NCBI GenBank assembly: GCA_035644115.1
Contig: DASQPE010000293.1
Span: forward strand, 1 to 49,351
From: Gemmatimonadales bacterium
GTDB lineage: Bacteria; Gemmatimonadota; Gemmatimonadetes; Gemmatimonadales; GWC2-71-9
Direction: 5' to 3'
Length of the DNA stretch: 49,351 nucleotides
Every line of letters starts with the position of its first letter. Within the stretch, counting starts at the first letter, position 1. A program made the position numbers and the translations under genes. The notes under the pieces are model-generated. The model was given only the letters and a program-made list of their open reading frames with translations. It searched no databases and was not told the DNA's origin. This document shows, piece by piece, positions 26,023-35,431 of the stretch.

Positions 26023-27338
26023 CCATCCCGATCCCCTCGCGGCGCTGGCTCGTGGTCGCGGCCGGCCTCGCCGTAGTAGGCCTCGCCGGCCTGGCCTGGC
26101 CCGGGGCGCTCGGCGTGCTGATCACGCTGGATCTCGCCTGGTGCGCCGCGTTGGCGGCCGACGCCTGGGCGGCGGCCGGGACCGGTCCGATCGAGGCCGC
26201 GCGCAACGCACCGCCGGCCTTCTCGGTGGGGCGGGCGCTTCCGGTGCGGTACCGCTGGCGACACGGACAGCGCCGCACGCTCACCGTGCTGGCGCAGGAG
26301 ACGCTCCCGCCACCGTTGGGTCTGGCCACCGGGGTTCGCCGGCTCCGGCTCGCGCCCGGAGGGGCGACCATCGAGGAGCTGCTGGTCGACCCGCTGGTAC
26401 GGGGCCGAGGTGCCGGCGGGCGGATCGATCTCCGGATTCTGGGACCGCTTGGCCTCGCCTGGTGGCAGCGGCGGCTCGAGCTCCCCTGGGAGGCGACCGT
26501 CTTTCCCAGCCTGGTCGGCGCTTCGCTGCGGGCACTGCCGCCGCAAACGCGGCGCCGGCGCCAGGCCGGCTTGCGCAACGTACGGCGCCCGGGCGAGGGG
26601 CGGTTGTTCGAGGGACTCCGCGAGTGGGTGCCCGGCGACGACACCCGGATCATCGACTGGAAGGCGACCGCCCGACGGGGCAAGCCGATCGCACGCCAGT
26701 ACGAGGACGAGCGCCGGGAGCATCTCATCATCGTGATCGACGCCGGCCGGCAGCTCACCGCCGAAGTGGATGGAGTCCCGCGGCTCGAGTCGGTGGTGAA
26801 CGCGGCGGTCCGGCTGGCGCACGCGGCAGTCGAGCACGACGACAACGTGGGCGCGATGGTGTTTGCGGACGAAGTTCAAAGCTTTGTCCCGGCCGCACGA
26901 GGGCGGCGGGGCCTGCGGGGCGTGCTCGACGCCCTCGCCGCCGCGGAGGGTCGCCTGGTCGAGCCCGACTATCCGGCGGCGTTCCGCTACCTTGCCACCC
27001 GCAACCGGCGCCGCGCACTCACCGTGTTCTTCACCGACGTGATCGATCGGACCGCGAGCGAGGCGGTGGTGGCGCAGGTAGCGACGCTGCGAGGACGGCA
27101 CGTGCCGCTCGCGGTAACGCTGCGGGATCCCGCGCTCGAGCGACTGGCCTCGGCCCGCCCGGCTACCGAGGCGCGGGCGTTCGAGCGGGCGGCGGCGGAA
27201 GAGCTCTTGCTCGCCCGCGACGAGGCGCTGGTGGAGATGCGACGCCGCGGGATCCTGGTGCTGGACGTGGCGCCGGGCTCGGCGGCTGATGCGGTGGTCG
27301 AGCGCTACCACCAGCTCAAGCGCCGGGGCGTTCTCTGA
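26019..27338 (+). CDS. DUF58 (vWA-like) domain protein, MoxR partner
   Basis: Two N-terminal TM helices. REWVPGDDTRIIDWKATARRGKPIARQYEDERREHLIIVIDAGRQL is the DUF58 signature. The GTG overlaps the moxR TGA (GTGA). Confidence 0.9.
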   Translation: MTIPIPSRRWLVVAAGLAVVGLAGLAWPGALGVLITLDLAWCAALAADAWAAAGTGPIEAARNAPPAFSVGRALPVRYRWRHGQRRTLTVLAQETLPPPLGLATGVRRLRLAPGGATIEELLVDPLVRGRGAGGRIDLRILGPLGLAWWQRRLELPWEATVFPSLVGASLRALPPQTRRRRQAGLRNVRRPGEGRLFEGLREWVPGDDTRIIDWKATARRGKPIARQYEDERREHLIIVIDAGRQLTAEVDGVPRLESVVNAAVRLAHAAVEHDDNVGAMVFADEVQSFVPAARGRRGLRGVLDALAAAEGRLVEPDYPAAFRYLATRNRRRALTVFFTDVIDRTASEAVVAQVATLRGRHVPLAVTLRDPALERLASARPATEARAFERAAAEELLLARDEALVEMRRRGILVLDVAPGSAADAVVERYHQLKRRGVL

Positions 27339-27344
27339 TCCGGG

Positions 27345-28361
27345 CTAGGGTTTGATCGGCAGGGCCTTGGGGTCGGGAAAGGCCGCCGTAAACGCCTCGA
27401 CCGCACCGGGGTCGAGCTGGCTTCCGGCCACCCGCTCAAGCTCCCGCAGGGCCTCGCCTGGCGCCCGTGGGTCGCGGTAGGGCCGCTCCGAGGTCATCGC
27501 GTCGAAGGCGTCCGCTACCGCCACGATGCGTGCTTCCAGCGGGATGTCTTCGCCGCAGAGGCCGTCGGGGAATCCGCTGCCGTCGAGCCGCTCGTGATGC
27601 GAGCGAACGATCAGCAGCACGGCGGGCGATTCCCGGGCGAGCGGTGCGAGCATGCGCTCGCCCAGGACGGGATGCTGGCTGATCTGGTGCCGCTCGTCGT
27701 CGGTCAACGTGCCGGGCTTCTCCAGCACGGCCTCGCGGGTGCCGATCTTCCCGATGTCGTGGAGCTCCCCTCCAATGCGGATCTGCTCCAACTCCTGATC
27801 GTCGAGGCCCAGCAGCCGTCCGGTTTCCACGGCATAGCGGCTGACCCGGACCGAGTGGCCCCGGAGATAGGCGTCCTTCGCCTCCAGCGCCCGGGCCAGC
27901 ATCTGCACCCCCTCGAGAAACAGCTCACGGATCCGCTGCGCCTGCTCCTGGACCCGCCGCTCGAGGTGGGCCTGGTAATACCGGTTCTGCATGACCAGGG
28001 AGCGCTTCTCCAGCGCCCGGGCGACCCGCGCATGCATCTCGCTCACCGAAACGGGCTTCACCAGGAAATCGGCCGCGCCCAGGTGAAGACACTCGACCGC
28101 CACGCTGGTCTCGGCCATGCCGCTGAGCATCACGACGGCGGTGTCGGGAAACCGGCGGCGGACCTCGCGCAACAAGCCTATGCCGTCGAGCTCGGGCATC
28201 CGGAGATCAGAGATGATGAGGGGGAGCTCGCCGTTCGAGGCCAGCACGTCCAGCCCCTCGCGGCCGGTGCCGGCCTCGAGGCAAGTGAACCCCTGCGCCT
28301 CGAGCATCCGCACGACCGAGCGGCGCACGATCGCCTCATCGTCCACGACCAGGCAGCGCAT
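27345..28361 (-). CDS. Response regulator with HD-GYP domain (REC + c-di-GMP phosphodiesterase type)
   Basis: REC: MRCLVVDDEAIV...LIISDLRMPELDG. HD-GYP: RGHSVRVSRYA, GGELHDIGKIG, HHERLDGSGFPDGL. Confidence 0.93.
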   Translation of the reverse strand: MRCLVVDDEAIVRRSVVRMLEAQGFTCLEAGTGREGLDVLASNGELPLIISDLRMPELDGIGLLREVRRRFPDTAVVMLSGMAETSVAVECLHLGAADFLVKPVSVSEMHARVARALEKRSLVMQNRYYQAHLERRVQEQAQRIRELFLEGVQMLARALEAKDAYLRGHSVRVSRYAVETGRLLGLDDQELEQIRIGGELHDIGKIGTREAVLEKPGTLTDDERHQISQHPVLGERMLAPLARESPAVLLIVRSHHERLDGSGFPDGLCGEDIPLEARIVAVADAFDAMTSERPYRDPRAPGEALRELERVAGSQLDPGAVEAFTAAFPDPKALPIKP

Positions 28362-31210
28362 TACGAGGCCACCGCCGCCTCGGTGCGTCGTCCGCTGGCC
28401 GCATCGAGCACCTCGCGAACCTTGCTGGCCAGCGCCTCAGGCGAGAACGGCTTCTGGAGGTAGGGGGCTCCGGGGCTCAGCAGGCCGCGCCGGATGATCT
28501 CGTCGTTGGTGTACCCGGACATGAAGAGGACCGGAAGTCCCGGCTTCAGGCGGGCGACGTGGTCCGCGAGCTCCCGGCCTCCCATGCGGGGCATCACGGC
28601 GTCGGTGAGAACCAGGTCCACCGCATCGGGCTCTGCCTGCAACAGCTCGAGGGCACTCTGGCCGTCGGTGCTCTCTCGGGTCAGGTAGCCCTCGTTGCGG
28701 AGGAAGCGGCAGGCGAAGCCACGCACCAGCTCCTCGTCTTCCACCACCAGGATGGTCTCGCCTGCTCCGCGAGGTGGCGCTTCGACCGGGACCCACGCAG
28801 CCGTTTCGCCGGTCTCCTCCACCTGGGGGAGATAGATCCTGAACGTAGTGCCTTCTCCGGGCTCGCTGTACGCCCAGATGTAGCCTCCGCTTTGCTTGAC
28901 GATGCCATATGCCATCGAAAGGCCGAGGCCGGTTCCGTGGCCGACCGGCTTGGTGGTGAAGAACGGGTCGAAGATCTGCGCCTGGGTCTCCGGATCCATG
29001 CCTCGGCCGGTGTCGCTCACGGTGAGCACCACATACTGTCCGGGCCGCACGATCGCCGCGGGGTGCCGGCGGGCATACTCGTTGTCCAGAACGATACCGC
29101 TGGTCTCGATCGCGAGACGGCCGCCCTGGGGCATCGCATCACGGGCGTTGAGTGCCAGGTTGAGAATCACCTGCTCCAGCTGGGTCCGGTCGGTCTTGAT
29201 CCAGCGAGGATCGAGTCCCAGTCGCAGTATGACGTCACGATCCTCGCCCATCAGGCGGCGAAGGACGGATTCCATGTCGAGCAGCACCGAGTTGAGCTCG
29301 AGGACCCGAGGTTGGAGCAGCTGGCGCCGGCTGTAGGCCAGCAGCTGCCGGCTCACCTCGGCGGAGCGCTCTGCCGCCCGCGCGATCTGGGCCACGTCCT
29401 GCTGGCGCTCGTCGGCCTCCTCGAGGCTCTTCGCCAGAAAGGTACAGAAGCCCAGGATCACGGTCATCATGTTGTTGACCTCGTGAGCCACCCCGCCGGC
29501 TACCCGCCCGATCGCTTCCATGCGCTGGGCCTGGCGCAGATGCTCCTCGACCCGCTTTCGCTCGGTCAGGTCGCGCACCACGAACGCGCCGGCCAGCACC
29601 CGGCCGGTCTGGGCGTCACGAATCCCGAACGCGTTGCACTCGACTTCGATCGGCTCGCCGGAGCCCACGTGTCGCAGTCTGCCGTCGAAATCCCACGACT
29701 GGCCGGCTGCCAGCCGGGGCACGACGTCGCGCTGAACCGTCTCCTGCGAGTCCTCGTGCCAGAGGCTGGCCAGCGACACGTCGCCCAGCGGCGAGTCGTC
29801 GGAGAAGCCCATCAGCTCGCGTCCCGCCTTGTTGAGATAGAGCAGGCGCCACTGGGGGCTCACCATGGCGATGAAGTCGCCGGCGTTCTCGACCAGGGAC
29901 ACGAAACGTTGAACGTCTTCCTCCATCCGGACCCGGCCGGTCACGTCGCTGGCCAGCACCAGACGGGCCCGCATGCCGCCGTAGAGGACTTCCTGGCTCG
30001 ACGTTTCCACCTCGATCCGGGTACCGTCCTTCCGCCAGTGCCGGGCCCGGCCGCCCAGCGTCAGGCCGGGACTCCGGCGCCGGATCCGCTCGTCGAACAT
30101 CGGGAGCTCCTCCGGCGGGCGGATCTCGCGGATCGTCATCCGGAGGAACTCTTCCCGAGTCCAGCCGTACTGGTCGATCGCGGCCTGATTCACGTCGAGG
30201 AATCGGAGCGATTCGTTGTCGTAGACCCACATCGGCGCGGGCAACCGGTCGAACAAGCTCCGATACCGCGCCTCGCTGGCACGCATCTCGGCTTCGGCTC
30301 GCTTGCGCCCACTCGCGTCCAGCACGAACGAGGTCCACTCCACCGGCTGGTGACCGGTGATCGCCCCGCCGATCACGACCGACACTCGAGAGCCGTCCTT
30401 GCGGATGTACTCTTTCTCGAATGGCCGGACGACCCCGGTGTCCATCAGCTCCTGGAGGGCACGGGCATCGGCTTCGGCGTACTCCGGCGGCGTGATCTCG
30501 CTCCAGCGGATGTCACCCGCCAGCATCTCGGCACGCGAGTAGCCCATGAGATCCAGAAAGGCTTCGTTGGCTTCGAGGATCCGCTCCCGGTCGGCGACCA
30601 GAACCCCGATGACACCGGACTCCGACAGCGCCCGAAACCGGGCCTCGCTTTCGCGGAGGGCGGCCACCAGCCGCTCCCGCTCCTCTTCGGTGCGGACGCG
30701 GGTGCTGACGTCCAGCATCGTGGCGCCCACCCACAACACCCGACCCCAGGGGCCGCGCACCGGGAACAGGTTGCCGTAGAAGTCGCGGACCGGCTGGGGG
30801 CCGCCGGGCTCGCCCAGGCGCACGTGCACCCCGAGGACCGGCTCGCCGGTCTCGAACACACGGCGGAGCAGGGGCTCGCCGATTTCCCAGGCCCGCGCCG
30901 GCAGCAGCTGGCGGACGGGCCGGCCGACGTGAGCTTCGGGCGGCAGCCCGTTGAAGCGGGCAAACGCCTGGTTCACCCGGACAAACCGAAGCGCTCGATC
31001 GGCGAATGCTATTCCGATGGGGGTCGCCGAGAGCGCAGCTTCGAGCATGGTCGTAAGCGAAACCCCGTCGTCGCCGACCGACTTGGAGCGGCGGCCCCGC
31101 CGGATCGACGCGCGGAGGAACCAGGCGACGCCCGCGGCACCCAGCAGCGCCAGCGACCCGAGCAGCCAGGCAAGGCCAGCAACGTGCCGGCCCGCTTCAC
31201 TCGGGACCAT
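28361..31210 (-). CDS. Hybrid sensor histidine kinase: single N-terminal TM anchor, multiple PAS domains, HisKA, HATPase_c, C-terminal REC
   Basis: TM helix LAWLLGSLALLGAAGVAWFL, about four PAS-like repeats, H-box GGVAHEVNNMMTVILG, N-box LNLALNARDAM, DTGRGMD, GTGLGLSMAYGIVKQSGG, REC ILVVEDEELV...LVLTDAVMPRMGG. 1-nt overlap (TAATG) with the downstream regulator. Confidence 0.93.
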   Translation of the reverse strand: MVPSEAGRHVAGLAWLLGSLALLGAAGVAWFLRASIRRGRRSKSVGDDGVSLTTMLEAALSATPIGIAFADRALRFVRVNQAFARFNGLPPEAHVGRPVRQLLPARAWEIGEPLLRRVFETGEPVLGVHVRLGEPGGPQPVRDFYGNLFPVRGPWGRVLWVGATMLDVSTRVRTEEERERLVAALRESEARFRALSESGVIGVLVADRERILEANEAFLDLMGYSRAEMLAGDIRWSEITPPEYAEADARALQELMDTGVVRPFEKEYIRKDGSRVSVVIGGAITGHQPVEWTSFVLDASGRKRAEAEMRASEARYRSLFDRLPAPMWVYDNESLRFLDVNQAAIDQYGWTREEFLRMTIREIRPPEELPMFDERIRRRSPGLTLGGRARHWRKDGTRIEVETSSQEVLYGGMRARLVLASDVTGRVRMEEDVQRFVSLVENAGDFIAMVSPQWRLLYLNKAGRELMGFSDDSPLGDVSLASLWHEDSQETVQRDVVPRLAAGQSWDFDGRLRHVGSGEPIEVECNAFGIRDAQTGRVLAGAFVVRDLTERKRVEEHLRQAQRMEAIGRVAGGVAHEVNNMMTVILGFCTFLAKSLEEADERQQDVAQIARAAERSAEVSRQLLAYSRRQLLQPRVLELNSVLLDMESVLRRLMGEDRDVILRLGLDPRWIKTDRTQLEQVILNLALNARDAMPQGGRLAIETSGIVLDNEYARRHPAAIVRPGQYVVLTVSDTGRGMDPETQAQIFDPFFTTKPVGHGTGLGLSMAYGIVKQSGGYIWAYSEPGEGTTFRIYLPQVEETGETAAWVPVEAPPRGAGETILVVEDEELVRGFACRFLRNEGYLTRESTDGQSALELLQAEPDAVDLVLTDAVMPRMGGRELADHVARLKPGLPVLFMSGYTNDEIIRRGLLSPGAPYLQKPFSPEALASKVREVLDAASGRRTEAAVAS

Positions 31211-31231
31211 GGGCTCGGTTCGCCGGCGGGT

Positions 31232-31831
31232 TCAACGGCTGTGGGTATGGCGTATTTTGCCTTCGCGGACCAGCGGCAACTCGACCTGGCACCTGGGAAC
31301 CGTCCTGGAGTTTTCGGAGAGCACCCACTCCCCGGTGGCAAGCCGGGCGTAGGTGCACAGCTGGACGACCATCGCGTTGCCGTGGTCGTCCAGGCACTCG
31401 GGCCAAGGTCGGGCCGTTCGCCGGTCGAGCCACGGCCCCTTGGCTTGGATTGCGCTTCGGCACGCGGGAGTGATCGCGGCAACCCGAAGCTCGAGCGGGG
31501 TCGTCAGCTGCTGTACTGCCAGGGCCGGGGGCGCGGTCGCCGCGGGTGGCGGGGCGAGCGGCGGCGTTGCCGGCATCGACTCTGATCTTGCGGGCGTTGC
31601 GCCGACCGACTCGCGGGGCTCCCGGGAACTGGAATCGGCCCCAGCGGCATGGGCAGCCAGCGGGTTTTCTTCCAGCTCCGACGCCGGCGGCACGCCACCG
31701 ACCCAGCGGGACTGCCCCTCCGCCTTGAGACTGAGCTTGATCGCGACGGCGACCCCGACCAGTGTGAGGAGGAAGAGAGTCGCCCAGAGCAGCCGGTCCG
31801 CCCGCTTGTGCTTGAGCACGCGGCGCAACAT
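31232..31831 (-). CDS. Hypothetical membrane-anchored protein with Pro/Ala linker and a 4-Cys C-terminal domain
   Basis: ATG start and good GC3 bias. TM helix LLWATLFLLTLVGVAVAI. C-terminal ...PACRSAIQAKGPW...PECLDDHGNAMVVQLCTYA...VPRCQVE. Ends 21 nt upstream of the kinase ATG. No family recognised. Confidence 0.6.
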   Translation of the reverse strand: MLRRVLKHKRADRLLWATLFLLTLVGVAVAIKLSLKAEGQSRWVGGVPPASELEENPLAAHAAGADSSSREPRESVGATPARSESMPATPPLAPPPAATAPPALAVQQLTTPLELRVAAITPACRSAIQAKGPWLDRRTARPWPECLDDHGNAMVVQLCTYARLATGEWVLSENSRTVPRCQVELPLVREGKIRHTHSR

Positions 31832-31930
31832 GAGATAGATCTTAGGGGTGTCGCCTTCGACGCGCCACGGTAACTGGCACGATGTTGGCGCGCCTGTACC
31901 TTATGTCTACCATCAAGCCCTTGTGACCAG

Positions 31931-33022
31931 GTGCATTCTCCGTTCATGGACTTCCCCGAGACCTTGCTGGACCAGCCCGCCGAAGAGACGGCGCGGCTCA
32001 TCGTGCTGCGGCTGCTGACGGACGTGGCAGTTGCTCGGCTGCGCGTAGGCGAGTCCCAGGATCCGGAAGCGCTGCACGATTTCCGCGTGGCGTTGCGACG
32101 CCTGCGGAGCGCGGTCCGAGCCTGGCGCCCGCAGCTCGCTGGCACGGTCACCAGGCGTACGCGCCGGCGGCTGCGCGCGATCGCGCGCGCCACCGGCCGC
32201 AGCCGCGATCTGGAAGTACATCTCGAGTGGGTGCGCTCGCGGAGCGCGGGTCTCCGGCCATATCAGCGCGCGGGCGCCGAGTGGCTGCTCGCCCGGATGG
32301 ACGGGCGAAAGGTCCAGGCAGATCAGCGGCTCGCGCGACGACTGACCCGCGACTTTGCCCGTACGGAGGACCACTTTCGGGCGGGCCTCTCCGGCTTTCG
32401 CGTGACCGTGGTGCCGCCGCTCCCGGCGCCCCACGGGGCGACGGGCGGCGCCGTGCTCGGGCGGCTGGTGGGCGAGCTGGGGTCCGAGCTGGCGAGCCGC
32501 CTGGTGGCGGTCCGCAGCATCGCCGATCAGGTGGAGGCTCATCAGGCCCGGATCGCAGGCAAGCGGCTCCGCTACGTGCTCGAACCGGTGGCACCCAGGA
32601 TCGACGGCGCACCCGCGATCATCGGGCAGCTCAAAGCGCTACAAGACGGGCTCGGCCGGCTGCACGACGCCCATGTCTTCGCGGGTTATCTGGTCCGCGC
32701 GCTCCAGGCCGCGGCCGCGGAGCAGGCCCGGCGGGTGTCTCATGAGCTGTTGGCCTGGGCCGCCCCCGACGCCTCGGTTCGCGATCCGGCGCCCGGCGAG
32801 GACGATCCCCGCCTGGGGCTGGTTGCGCTGGCGCACCGGCTGCACGAGGAGGCCGAGGTTGCTTTTGGCGAGCTCAAGGGTGTCTGGCTGGACGGCGGGG
32901 CGGCCCCGCTGCTGGCCGATGTCGCCGCCCTGGCCTACCGGCTCGCCGCCGAGCCCGGGATTGCTGCCGGCGTCGCGGGCATCCGGCCGGCTGAGGCACC
33001 GGCGTTTTCCTTTCCCCCCTGA
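31931..33022 (+). CDS. CHAD domain-containing protein
   Basis: CHAD pattern: EALHDFRVALRRLRSAVRAWRP, RRLRAIARATGRSRDLEV, then a second half with HQARIAGKRLRYVLE and LKALQDGLGRLHDAHV. The start is GTG 31931 or ATG 31946. Confidence 0.85.
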   Translation: MHSPFMDFPETLLDQPAEETARLIVLRLLTDVAVARLRVGESQDPEALHDFRVALRRLRSAVRAWRPQLAGTVTRRTRRRLRAIARATGRSRDLEVHLEWVRSRSAGLRPYQRAGAEWLLARMDGRKVQADQRLARRLTRDFARTEDHFRAGLSGFRVTVVPPLPAPHGATGGAVLGRLVGELGSELASRLVAVRSIADQVEAHQARIAGKRLRYVLEPVAPRIDGAPAIIGQLKALQDGLGRLHDAHVFAGYLVRALQAAAAEQARRVSHELLAWAAPDASVRDPAPGEDDPRLGLVALAHRLHEEAEVAFGELKGVWLDGGAAPLLADVAALAYRLAAEPGIAAGVAGIRPAEAPAFSFPP

Positions 33023-33100
33023 GCCTGATGCACGCATTCGTTCCACCTGCCGGATACCGGGCCCAGGCGGTATCATAGAAGCCCCCAGGGAGCACAACAT

Positions 33101-34201
33101 ATGTGGTCTGCTGCCGGTCGAGTCACGATCGCCATGCAGCTCGCTGCCCCTCTCGTCACGGGCGGGCGGGCACTGCTGGCACAGGGAGTAACGTACGCCC
33201 GCGTGGAGGCGGCCGAACCCGAGACTGCGCAGCGCCTACGACGCCTGTTTCGCGAGGACGCGCCACTGGCGCTGACCATCGGCGCCGACTTCCGAGCCGT
33301 CTTTGCCCATCGTGACACGCTCAAGCCCCCCCGAAATCCGGCAACGCTGACCTTTGCCGGGGACTCGGGACCGATGGTGGTCCCGATCGAGCTCGCCACC
33401 CGGGGACACTTCAGGCTTCGGTCTTCGGTCTGCGGTTTTCCGCCGCTCAAGCTGTATCTGCCGAAGGAGCAGTTGAAGGGGACGGCCTTCGCCGGCAATG
33501 GGTCGCTGAAGCTGGTAACCCACTGCGGGAAGCAGCCGCGCTCCGAACAAAACCTCCTGACCGAGTACGCGATCTATCGGGCCTACAACCTGCTCACCGA
33601 CCTGAGCCACCGTGCCCGCCTGGCCCGCGTGACCTACATGGACACCCGCGACTCGAGTCGGACCCTGACGCGCTACGGGTTCCTGCTGGAGAATGACAAG
33701 GACATGGCGGAGCGGAACGGCGGCTCGCTGTTCGACCAAGCCGGCGCCAGTTACTCCGAGATGGACTCGGCGCAAATGGATCTGGTCGGCATCTTCGAGT
33801 ACCTGATCGGCAACACCGACTGGTCCGTGATCATGCGACACAACGTCCGCCTGATACAGGTGCCGGGTCGCCCCGTGTTGTATCCGGTGGCGTACGATTT
33901 CGACTTCTCGGGACTGGTCGACGCGGGGTACGCGACGCCCGACCCCCGGATGCCGATCAAGAGCGTCCGCGAGCGGCTGTACCGAGGCATGTGCCGGCCG
34001 CTGGATGAGTTGACACCGACGCTGAGCCGGGTCGTGGCCGCGAAGGACGCGATCACCCAGGCGTTTGCAACCGTGCCGGACCTCGACGCCAAGCGGCTGA
34101 AAGACGTTCTCGCATATCTGAACGACGGCTTCCGGAAGATCGGCGACCCGAAGGGCTTCATGGCGGAACAGGAGTACGTGTGCTCCAAGACCCGCCAATG
34201 A
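33101..34201 (+). CDS. Secreted CotH-like (atypical kinase fold) family protein - tentative
   Basis: Signal-like N-terminus (…AAPLVTGGRALLAQG). Collinear with B. subtilis CotH as I recall it: RGHFRLRS..FPPLKLYL vs RGSHIRDFPKKSYHV; LKLVTHCG..SEQNLLTEYAIYRAYN vs IHLNAEYKDPSLIRNKLSLDFF; YGFLLENDKDMAERNG vs GVYLQLESVDEHFLKKRG; HN-17 residues-DFD-FSG vs HN-17 residues-DYD-TWG (identical spacing). Confidence 0.6.
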   Translation: MWSAAGRVTIAMQLAAPLVTGGRALLAQGVTYARVEAAEPETAQRLRRLFREDAPLALTIGADFRAVFAHRDTLKPPRNPATLTFAGDSGPMVVPIELATRGHFRLRSSVCGFPPLKLYLPKEQLKGTAFAGNGSLKLVTHCGKQPRSEQNLLTEYAIYRAYNLLTDLSHRARLARVTYMDTRDSSRTLTRYGFLLENDKDMAERNGGSLFDQAGASYSEMDSAQMDLVGIFEYLIGNTDWSVIMRHNVRLIQVPGRPVLYPVAYDFDFSGLVDAGYATPDPRMPIKSVRERLYRGMCRPLDELTPTLSRVVAAKDAITQAFATVPDLDAKRLKDVLAYLNDGFRKIGDPKGFMAEQEYVCSKTRQ

Positions 34202-34219
34202 GCACCTCATCCGTGCCCG

Positions 34220-35317
34220 TTGAGACAGCGCCCCACCCCGGCGGCAGCTCGTAGACCGGCCCTGTCCTCCCGCCGCACGCTCCTCCTCATCGGTCTCGGC
34301 AACGTCGGGCGCAGCTTCCTGCGAGTGCTCGCGTCGCAGCACGCGTACCTGCGGGAGTGCTACGGCGTCGAGTTCCGGGTGGTGGGAGCGGCGGACTCGA
34401 GTGGGGCAGCCATCGACCCCGGCGGGTTCGATCCGGCCGCGCTGCTGGCGGTGAAGGAGCAGGGCGGGCTGGCCGATGCACCGGAGGTCGGCCGGCCGGG
34501 CATGACCGCCGTCGAACTGGTGGAGACCGTGCACGCCGATGCGGTCCTGGAAGCGACACCGGTCGATCTCCGCACCGCCCAACCCGGGCTCGAGGTGACC
34601 CGCACCGCGCTCGGGCTGGGGATGCCCGTCGTGCTCGCGAACAAAGGGCCGCTGGCGCTCGCCTATGCCGAGCTGGCCGCGCTTAGCGACCTGACCGACC
34701 CGGCCGGGCCGGCGCTCCGTTTCAGCGCCTGCGTCGGGGGTGCGATGCCCACGATCAACCTCGGGGTCCGCGATCTGGCCGGGGCCCGGGTGCTCCGAGT
34801 CGAGGCCGTGCTGAACGGCACCACTCAGTTCATGCTCCGCAGCATGGAGCTGGGCCAGAGCTACCAGGCGGTACTGGCCGATGCACAACGGCGCGGGTTG
34901 ACCGAGACCGACCCCTCGCTCGACGTGGACGGCTGGGACGCCGCGGCCAAGCTGGTGATCCTGGCGAATGCCGTACTGCGGCAGCCGGCGACCCTCAATG
35001 ATGTGGAGGTGGAAGGCATTGCGGGGGTCGGGGGGGCGGCCCTCGGCGCCGCCGCGGCCCGGGGCGAGCGGATCGTCCTGCTCTGCCTGGCCCAGCCCGA
35101 CCCGGCCGCGGTCGGTCGATTCCGGCTCAGCGTGAGTCCGACTGCATTGCCCCTGGACCACCCGCTGGCCCGAATGGGCGCGGACGAGATGGGGGTGGTC
35201 TATCACACCGACATCGGGGGGCGCGCCAGCGCGACCAGTCTGGAGCGCGACCCGGTCCCCACCGCGGCCGCGATGCTCCGCGATCTGCTGGAGATCACCA
35301 TCCCCGCACTGCACTGA
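34220..35317 (+). CDS. hom: Homoserine dehydrogenase (no ACT domain)
   Basis: LLLIGLGNVGRSF (NAD-binding GxGxxG), VVLANKGPLA, FSACVGGAMPTI, VLNGTTQFML, AQRRGLTETDPSLDVDGWDAAAKLVILAN. The only in-frame start after the upstream stop is TTG 34220. Confidence 0.85.
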   Translation: MRQRPTPAAARRPALSSRRTLLLIGLGNVGRSFLRVLASQHAYLRECYGVEFRVVGAADSSGAAIDPGGFDPAALLAVKEQGGLADAPEVGRPGMTAVELVETVHADAVLEATPVDLRTAQPGLEVTRTALGLGMPVVLANKGPLALAYAELAALSDLTDPAGPALRFSACVGGAMPTINLGVRDLAGARVLRVEAVLNGTTQFMLRSMELGQSYQAVLADAQRRGLTETDPSLDVDGWDAAAKLVILANAVLRQPATLNDVEVEGIAGVGGAALGAAAARGERIVLLCLAQPDPAAVGRFRLSVSPTALPLDHPLARMGADEMGVVYHTDIGGRASATSLERDPVPTAAAMLRDLLEITIPALH

Positions 35318-35431
35318 TCCGCTCAGAACCGATCCCTTCTGTGCCGGCCGGCCGGCGCGCTCGAGGTTGCAGGAACTCCCCGATAGGGCGCACGGTTGGA
35401 TCTAAGGCTTTCAACCCGACGGAATTGCGGA

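Noticed and set aside
28559-31585. 1008-aa plus-strand ORF opposite the hybrid histidine kinase
   Set aside because: No motifs and shadow-frame composition. The minus strand encodes complete PAS/HisKA/HATPase/REC modules.
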